A stretch of 56,715 nt of DNA from an uncultured Lachnospiraceae bacterium (lineage in GTDB: Bacteria > Bacillota > Clostridia > Lachnospirales > Lachnospiraceae). The translations under genes and the position numbers were made by a program. Below the pieces are notes generated by a model. That model was not told the origin of the DNA. It did not search any database and was given only the letters and a program-made list of their open reading frames with translations. The number at the start of each line of letters is the position of its first letter. The stretch's first letter is position 1. Shown here one piece after another: positions 51,064-56,715 of this stretch. The stretch covers positions 1-56,715 of the forward strand of contig CAMNEB010000001.1 in the NCBI GenBank assembly GCA_946536155.1, given 5' to 3'.

Positions 51064-53730
51064 TTATTCCGGAGAAAATTCAAAAATATCCTGATCGTCG
51101 CTTTCGACGGATGCTTCCGTAACATCTTTACCGGCTGCATCTTTTAAATCAGCGCTTATCAGAAGGACAAGCTTTTCATACCTTTGCATCGTATCTGCGT
51201 GGAGAAGATCTATTACCGACTTATCCTCCTCTTTTGCCGCAGCTTCAAGCCTTGCAGCCATATCGGAGAGTTCCGAGGCTCCGATCATCCTTGAACTGCT
51301 CTTAAGAGCATGTACATAGATACCATAATCCTTAAGATCACCCAAAGCAAGGCATTCATCCAGCTTACGGATCCTTGAAGCGCCTTCTCCTGCATATGCT
51401 TCAAGGATGGCACGGTACATGGCTTCATCTCCCGCGCTGTAGGAAAGACCCGCCGAAGTGTCGACTCCGGCATCTTCAAGCTTCCCGAATAATCCGGTCT
51501 TTTTTACCTTGTTCACAGATCCCGAAGGTTTTACAGTTGTCATCTCAACCTTTCCCGCGGGAAGATATCTGACGAGCATCTTCTCGAGCTCGGTCCCGTC
51601 TATGGGTTTGGTGAGATAATCGTCAAAGCCCTGTTCTATGTATCTTTCACGTGCCCCGCTTATGACATCGGCGGTAAGGCATATGATGGGTGTGCGCTTT
51701 CCGGAAGCCTCCTCTTTTTCGCGGATCTTTTTCATAGCCTCGGTTCCGTCCATTCCGGGCATTCTCTGATCCATCAGTATGACGTCATAGTCATTTTCCG
51801 AAGAAAGGCTGATGGCATCATTTCCGTTTATGGCCGTATCTATCTCTATACCGGTCTTTTTGAGGAGGTTTTCGACAACGAAGAGATTGAGCTTCGTATC
51901 ATCAACGACCAGTATCTTTGAATCGCGCGCATAGAAGGATTCCCTGTAGGAAGCCCCGGATTCGGCGTTTTCGTCCACCTTCCTGTAATCGCCGACGGGC
52001 TCTTCGTTTTCTATCTTCTGGGTCAGTTCAAAAGAAAACGAGCTTCCCTTTCCGTAGGTACTTTCAACCTTAAGCTCACTTCCCATGAGCTCCAGGAGCC
52101 TTCTTGTTATGGTCATTCCGAGGCCGGTGCCTTCGATATTACGGTTCCTCACAACATCGAGTCTTTCAAAGGACTCAAAGAGCTTCTTCATATCCTCCTG
52201 CCTGATGCCGATACCTGTATCGGATATCTCATAGCGGAGGCGGATATTATCCTTCTCTCTTGAAAGTTCCCTGACACTTAAGGTCACAGAGCCCTTCTCG
52301 GTGTATTTGACCGCATTGGTGAGCAGGTTCATGAGGACCTGATTGATGCGGGTGTCGTCTCCGAACAATTCCGAAGGGATCCCCGGATCGATGTCCGTAT
52401 TAAGCTCCAGATTCTTGGCCGCCGCACGGTCCGAGATGGAATTGACCAGATAAGTCATCTGGGATGCAACACCATAGTTTACCGGGACTATCTCCATTTT
52501 GCCGTCCTCGATCTTGGAAAAATCGAGTATTCCGTTTATGAGCTGGAGAAGATTATTGCCGGACTGTTTGATATTCCTGGAATACGCCATTATATCCCTG
52601 TTATCGGTCTCCCTTAATATCATCTCATTCATTCCGATGATCGTATTGATGGGAGTACGTATCTCATGGGACATATCTGCAAGGAAACGGCTCTTGGCTT
52701 CGCTGGCTTCATAAGCAGCCTGCTTTTCAAGCCTTAAAACCTCCTGGCGGTATTCCTGCTCTTTGGTGTTGAGCTGATCCAGGACCCTTGCAAGGTTCAC
52801 CGCAATGATGACACCTATCAGTATCGCTACGCCTGCTGCGATCACAAAGCCCAGCATCAGCGATACCACGCTTTTCTCCAGTTCCTTCTTATCCGTGGCA
52901 AGGCACACATACCATCCGGTATTGATCATCCTTGCTGAGACGATCCCTCTGACGGCCCCGTCATAATCATCCACAAACACCATGGCTCCTTCGCCGGCCT
53001 CAATGCTCTCCAAAAACGGGGCGTAGGGCGAACCGGGGACATCCATGATATTCATGGGCTTATCAGGATAATCATATGCGCTGTCCGGATGAGTTATGAC
53101 ATTCATGTTCTGGTCCAGCAGAAAAGCGTAGCTGTTCACGCCCACGTCAGCCTTGCTGACCATATCGACCAGGACATCGACAAAAATATCCGCAGCAAGT
53201 ACGCCAAGGAGCTCATCATCCTTGTATACCGCCTTGGATATGGTAATAACGGGTTTTAATGTATCAGAATCAAGATAGGGAGCGGAGTAGAACAGTTCCC
53301 CCGTCAGGGCCGAAGTGGTGTACCACTCTCTTTCGTGAACAAAGTCCACCGTTCCGTCCGCGAGAAAGTCGGAAGCACATACCATATAATTGTTTGGGTA
53401 TGTGAAATAGACATCGTAGACATATCCGTTCTTATTGAGAAGTTCATTGCTCTTCTCCAGATATGCGTGAAATTCATCATACCCTTCGAAAGAAATACCG
53501 TTAACGGCTATCTCTGCGGCAAGGGTATCGATTATAGTGGCATTCGTGCTGACCCATGCCGTAAGTTCAAGGGCATATCTCTGGGCCGCGGCATCATAAT
53601 TGTCCTCAAGCTGGGAAACAAGGCTGCTCTTGGCTCTGAGATAACTGAAAAAGGAAAGCAGGATCGAACTGCCCATGACCACAAGGACTATAAGGATTGT
53701 CATCTTTCCTCTTAAAGTCTTCATGGTCAC
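51064..53730 (-). CDS. Hybrid sensor histidine kinase (Cache, HisKA, HATPase, REC, Hpt)
   Basis: Cache domain (REWY...APYLD), FLADMSHEIRTP, NLLTNAVKYT, DTGIG, GTGLG, ILMDQRMPGMDG, LTKP and Hpt VHALKSSS. Start is GTG 53730 or ATG 53724. Confidence 0.95.
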   Translation of the reverse strand: MTMKTLRGKMTILIVLVVMGSSILLSFFSYLRAKSSLVSQLEDNYDAAAQRYALELTAWVSTNATIIDTLAAEIAVNGISFEGYDEFHAYLEKSNELLNKNGYVYDVYFTYPNNYMVCASDFLADGTVDFVHEREWYTTSALTGELFYSAPYLDSDTLKPVITISKAVYKDDELLGVLAADIFVDVLVDMVSKADVGVNSYAFLLDQNMNVITHPDSAYDYPDKPMNIMDVPGSPYAPFLESIEAGEGAMVFVDDYDGAVRGIVSARMINTGWYVCLATDKKELEKSVVSLMLGFVIAAGVAILIGVIIAVNLARVLDQLNTKEQEYRQEVLRLEKQAAYEASEAKSRFLADMSHEIRTPINTIIGMNEMILRETDNRDIMAYSRNIKQSGNNLLQLINGILDFSKIEDGKMEIVPVNYGVASQMTYLVNSISDRAAAKNLELNTDIDPGIPSELFGDDTRINQVLMNLLTNAVKYTEKGSVTLSVRELSREKDNIRLRYEISDTGIGIRQEDMKKLFESFERLDVVRNRNIEGTGLGMTITRRLLELMGSELKVESTYGKGSSFSFELTQKIENEEPVGDYRKVDENAESGASYRESFYARDSKILVVDDTKLNLFVVENLLKKTGIEIDTAINGNDAISLSSENDYDVILMDQRMPGMDGTEAMKKIREKEEASGKRTPIICLTADVISGARERYIEQGFDDYLTKPIDGTELEKMLVRYLPAGKVEMTTVKPSGSVNKVKKTGLFGKLEDAGVDTSAGLSYSAGDEAMYRAILEAYAGEGASRIRKLDECLALGDLKDYGIYVHALKSSSRMIGASELSDMAARLEAAAKEEDKSVIDLLHADTMQRYEKLVLLISADLKDAAGKDVTEASVESDDQDIFEFSPE

Positions 53731-54188
53731 ATTATATCATCTGATATCCTTTTCTGGTATTCCTCCAGATAAGTGTTCAGCTCCCTGGCCTGTATGAGCT
53801 CAAAAATATATTCAACGACCATGGTGAGGATGTACACCACCGTGATCCCCACTGCGATCCCGGCCACCACCTCGGGACGGTCCGAAGGAATGCTCGGCGC
53901 CTTAAAAACCAGCATCATCACCAAAGCCTCCACCAGGAGCAGACGGAGGATGTTCCTGATGACAAGCCTTTTCATGCTGAGTTCCCTGTCCGAATGAAAA
54001 ACGAAGACCGGTATCACACCGATCAGGGCATACAAAAGCGGTGAAAAATAGATCTCATAGCCGAAGGTCCTGTCTGAGTCAAACATAAGTCCGAGTATCA
54101 TCAAAAGGACGGTAATGAGCGTCACGAGAATAAAATACAGCCTGAATGCTTCCCCGAGCCTCTCCTTTATTCCGGATACGATCCTCAT
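53727..54188 (-). CDS. DUF3021-like four-TM membrane protein (LytTR partner)
   Basis: Four TMs and C-terminal ARELNTYLEEYQ. Overlaps the LytTR stop and the kinase start. Confidence 0.65.
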   Translation of the reverse strand: MRIVSGIKERLGEAFRLYFILVTLITVLLMILGLMFDSDRTFGYEIYFSPLLYALIGVIPVFVFHSDRELSMKRLVIRNILRLLLVEALVMMLVFKAPSIPSDRPEVVAGIAVGITVVYILTMVVEYIFELIQARELNTYLEEYQKRISDDIM

Positions 54189-54634
54189 TTCTCTTCACCT
54201 CCCTTAAGTGCCTTCTTAAGATCCGCCACATATTTTCTGGATATCACTATCTCTTCGCTATTCCCGAGAAATGCGGTATATCTGCCACCCAGCGCAGGTT
54301 TTATGGACTTTACCTTCATCAGGTTGAGGAGCATCCCCTTCTGAACCCGCAGGAAAGTCCTTCCTTTGAGCATTTCCTCCAGCTCATACAGTTTAAGCTT
54401 TATCTCGCAGCTTTCCTTAGCCGTATATATGAAAACCCTGTTATCCACGGATTCCGCATAATATACATCCACTATCGGGATCTCCGTTTTCCGTCCGTCC
54501 GTTTCTGCGCTCAGCTGCCCCTGTCTGGACTTTACGAATGATACGATCTCCCGGACATCATCGGATACCTTATGACACCGTATCTCCAGGACCTCGGGTT
54601 CTCCGGCAGGTATTTTTTTAACGCTTATCTCCAC
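54185..54634 (-). CDS. Stand-alone LytTR DNA-binding regulator
   Basis: VYYAESVDNRVFIYT, LYELEE, FLRVQKGMLLNL and ISRKYV. GTG start after GGGAG. Confidence 0.92.
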   Translation of the reverse strand: MEISVKKIPAGEPEVLEIRCHKVSDDVREIVSFVKSRQGQLSAETDGRKTEIPIVDVYYAESVDNRVFIYTAKESCEIKLKLYELEEMLKGRTFLRVQKGMLLNLMKVKSIKPALGGRYTAFLGNSEEIVISRKYVADLKKALKGGEEK

Positions 54635-54708
54635 AGGCAGTCACACTCCCGCAATCATTTTCTGCAAAAAAGAATAACAAGCATGCCGTTTTATTACAAG
54701 GTCAGACA

Positions 54709-55464
54709 TTACGCGGTCTCCGCAGCCTTACCGTCTGAGAGTGTCTTCCACATTGCAATGCTGTAAAGGACACATAGGATGACAGAGACGGTAACGGAAA
54801 CAAAAAGTTCCCTCTCAGCGCTTCCGAATACCCTCAGAGCCGCTTCATCGCTGCCTATCGCCGAGCAGGCATTGTTTACACCGTGAAAAACGATACAGGG
54901 GATCAGGCTTCCTCCCTTATGGAAAAGCGTGACCAGCATAAAACCTACGGAGACTGCAAATATGATCTGGAATACCGTTTCCGTCAGATCCTGTCCGTTC
55001 AGCAGATTCACGATATGCCCGATCCCGAAGGTCACGGATGATACCGCAACCGCAGTCTTTATGTTTTTCCGCGCCATTCCCTTAAAAAGAAAGCCTCTGA
55101 AGATGATCTCTTCAAGAAATCCAACCCAGAGCATGCTCACGATGTAAAAAACAGTCTCAGGAACCGTATACTTAAGTGTCACTCCAAAGAAAACCCCTGA
55201 TAACCCGATCAGAAAAAGAGGTATGAAAAACCATGCTCTGACGGCCGGGTAAGCAGGTACTGCAAGCCCGTATCTTTCAAAGAGACCGTTCCTGCGAAGC
55301 CATATGAGAAGCATGATACCAAAACATGTGTGGAATATCATTGACGGAAGCTTAACGATCCCAAGGCTCTCTGACAGGGCTTCGCACATACTCGTTCCCA
55401 CCACATATATGGCTATACAGATGATCGCAAAAGTCACTTCGTTTTTCTTATATATCCTGTTCAT
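54709..55464 (-). CDS. CPBP (CAAX/Abi) family intramembrane metalloprotease
   Basis: EEIIFRG, FGIGH and HGVNN motifs. Multi-TM. Confidence 0.9.
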   Translation of the reverse strand: MNRIYKKNEVTFAIICIAIYVVGTSMCEALSESLGIVKLPSMIFHTCFGIMLLIWLRRNGLFERYGLAVPAYPAVRAWFFIPLFLIGLSGVFFGVTLKYTVPETVFYIVSMLWVGFLEEIIFRGFLFKGMARKNIKTAVAVSSVTFGIGHIVNLLNGQDLTETVFQIIFAVSVGFMLVTLFHKGGSLIPCIVFHGVNNACSAIGSDEAALRVFGSAERELFVSVTVSVILCVLYSIAMWKTLSDGKAAETA

Positions 55465-55521
55465 TTCTCTTTCCTTTCTTAAACAAAAGACCGGTCACAG
55501 CCGCTTTGATCTATGATCACG

Positions 55522-55591
55522 ACTATAACCGGGCCTTTATGTTTAATCCATATCAGAACAGGCAAGATGCATTTTTGCACCGCAAGATGCA
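55522..55591 (-). promoter_or_regulatory. Putative LytTR-activated promoter with direct repeats
   Basis: GCAAGATGCA at 55562-55571 and 55582-55591 (20-bp period), upstream of TGGATT-17 bp-TATAGT on the minus strand. Confidence 0.55.
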
Positions 55592-55613
55592 CAAAAACAG
55601 GTCTTAAACGGAT

Positions 55614-56591
55614 TTATCTCATGATATCGAAAGCCATATCATACATATCCCTTGCATCAACGGTGTTGCGGATATAATTCGGATGATCCGGCTCGTATCT
55701 GACATATTTTTCCACTTCTTCGATAAGGGCAAGATAGGCGACGGCACAGGCATATCTTATCTCCGTGTTCCTGTTTAGCTCAATCTTTTCTGCGGCTTTC
55801 CCGTTATATATCTCAAGCTCTTTTTTCTTTTCCGAAAGCGGAGCCTTCTGTCCCTTTCCGACCGTTATGAGATCAGCCACCGGATCTCCCCAGAATCCTC
55901 TCTCGGGATCAATCCATATAAGGCGCCCGTTATCGTAGAGGACATTGCTGTCCCAGAGGTCAAAGTTCACCATACGGCAGGGTGCCTTCAGGAGCTCGTT
56001 CTCATTTTTGTCTATGAGTCTCAGAAACTCTTCTCCGTCCGGAGTCTCATATCCGATATTCCTGCAGTCCTTCACCAGGTTTTCCGTCATGGAACGGACC
56101 GCCTCATACCAGGAATCGTAAAGTCCGGTCTGTCTGTAGCCGTACTTATCATTCCTGACGGCATGTATCCCGGCAAGCATTCCGAGCTTCTCTGCACTGA
56201 CCCTTTCGGCCTCTTCATCTGACAGACTGCACCTGCTGAGGGGCTCGCCGTTCATCATCTCCATGATAAAGCAGGCACTTTTTATTATCCTGCATGTAAA
56301 ATCCCGCATATATATTTCGGGGCAGAGGATATCCGTATACTCCTTCATCTTGGAATACCAGAACAGTTCGGAATCCATCATGTTCTTCTCATATGTCAGG
56401 ACTCTCGCATCAGCGGGAGGCGCGATCTTAAGTGCGTACTCCCTGCCGCCTTCGCATGTCACTTTAAATGCAGCATTAAATTCTCCGTCTCCGAGAGGGG
56501 AGGCGCCTGTGACCCTGCCGAAACCTCCCGTTTCAAAAAGAGCGCTTATCTCTTCGGATGATGCCTGATACTTTGTACTGCTCTTTACCAT
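55614..56591 (-). CDS. Aminoglycoside phosphotransferase-like (APH/fructosamine kinase fold) protein
   Basis: LGDGEFNAAF, ALKIAP, catalytic loop NFDLWDSNVL and WIDPER. Confidence 0.8.
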   Translation of the reverse strand: MVKSSTKYQASSEEISALFETGGFGRVTGASPLGDGEFNAAFKVTCEGGREYALKIAPPADARVLTYEKNMMDSELFWYSKMKEYTDILCPEIYMRDFTCRIIKSACFIMEMMNGEPLSRCSLSDEEAERVSAEKLGMLAGIHAVRNDKYGYRQTGLYDSWYEAVRSMTENLVKDCRNIGYETPDGEEFLRLIDKNENELLKAPCRMVNFDLWDSNVLYDNGRLIWIDPERGFWGDPVADLITVGKGQKAPLSEKKKELEIYNGKAAEKIELNRNTEIRYACAVAYLALIEEVEKYVRYEPDHPNYIRNTVDARDMYDMAFDIMR

Positions 56592-56662
56592 ATTATCCGC
56601 CTTTCACGTAATGCAATCCTGCATCCGGCAGCAGGACTTACCTTGTACACTATTATATGGTT

Positions 56663-56692
56663 TAAAGCCACACCCGGATGAGTGTGGCTTTA
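56663..56692. terminator. Intrinsic terminator-like hairpin
   Basis: TAAAGCCACAC-8 nt-GTGTGGCTTTA with T-rich flanks. Confidence 0.6.
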
Positions 56693-56715
56693 TTTTATCC
56701 TATCTCACGTATTCT

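Noticed and set aside
55614-56591. Aminoglycoside resistance gene
   Set aside because: Only the generic kinase fold is evident and the catalytic loop differs from true APHs. A sugar or small-molecule kinase is at least as likely.

Overview
Gene-dense chromosomal window from a Firmicute, probably a fibre-degrading Lachnospiraceae/Butyrivibrio-like organism (inferred from an Est1E-like feruloyl esterase, a CE15 esterase, a GH2 enzyme and clostridial-type regulators). It holds about 50 CDSs, mostly on the minus strand. I found no rRNA, tRNA, CRISPR array, integrase or transposase. Contents in order: two GT-C-like membrane proteins; mutX; a feoAB iron locus with DtxR-like boxes; an XRE-autoregulated ABC operon; an AraC/MATE/MFS plus isomerase/oxidoreductase sugar module; PocR-MCP, feruloyl esterase and radical SAM; a LytTR/DUF3021 ABC module; an 8-gene accessory lipid-type biosynthetic operon; hflX; an Ere-family esterase; TraX; MATE; a TetR-controlled ABC exporter; an acyltransferase; a 5'-nucleotidase; an XRE plus membrane-protein pair sharing an Sm-like domain; a MerR-methyltransferase fusion; a dehydrogenase relic; CE15; three GGDEF proteins; a GH2 beta-galactosidase; a hybrid histidine kinase; a second LytTR system with a CPBP protease; and an APH-like kinase. 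The best candidate for an undescribed system is the operon at 19872-27777: SDR, MBL hydrolase, F390-synthetase-like adenylating enzyme, KAS III, ACP, AccD-AccA fusion, FabD and FabF. Its enzyme logic recalls beta-lactone/olefin-type pathways, but it has its own extender-unit supply. The second candidate is the XRE/Sm-like-domain pair at 40121-40952. All family calls come from reading motifs by eye and recalling family features; no database searches were run.
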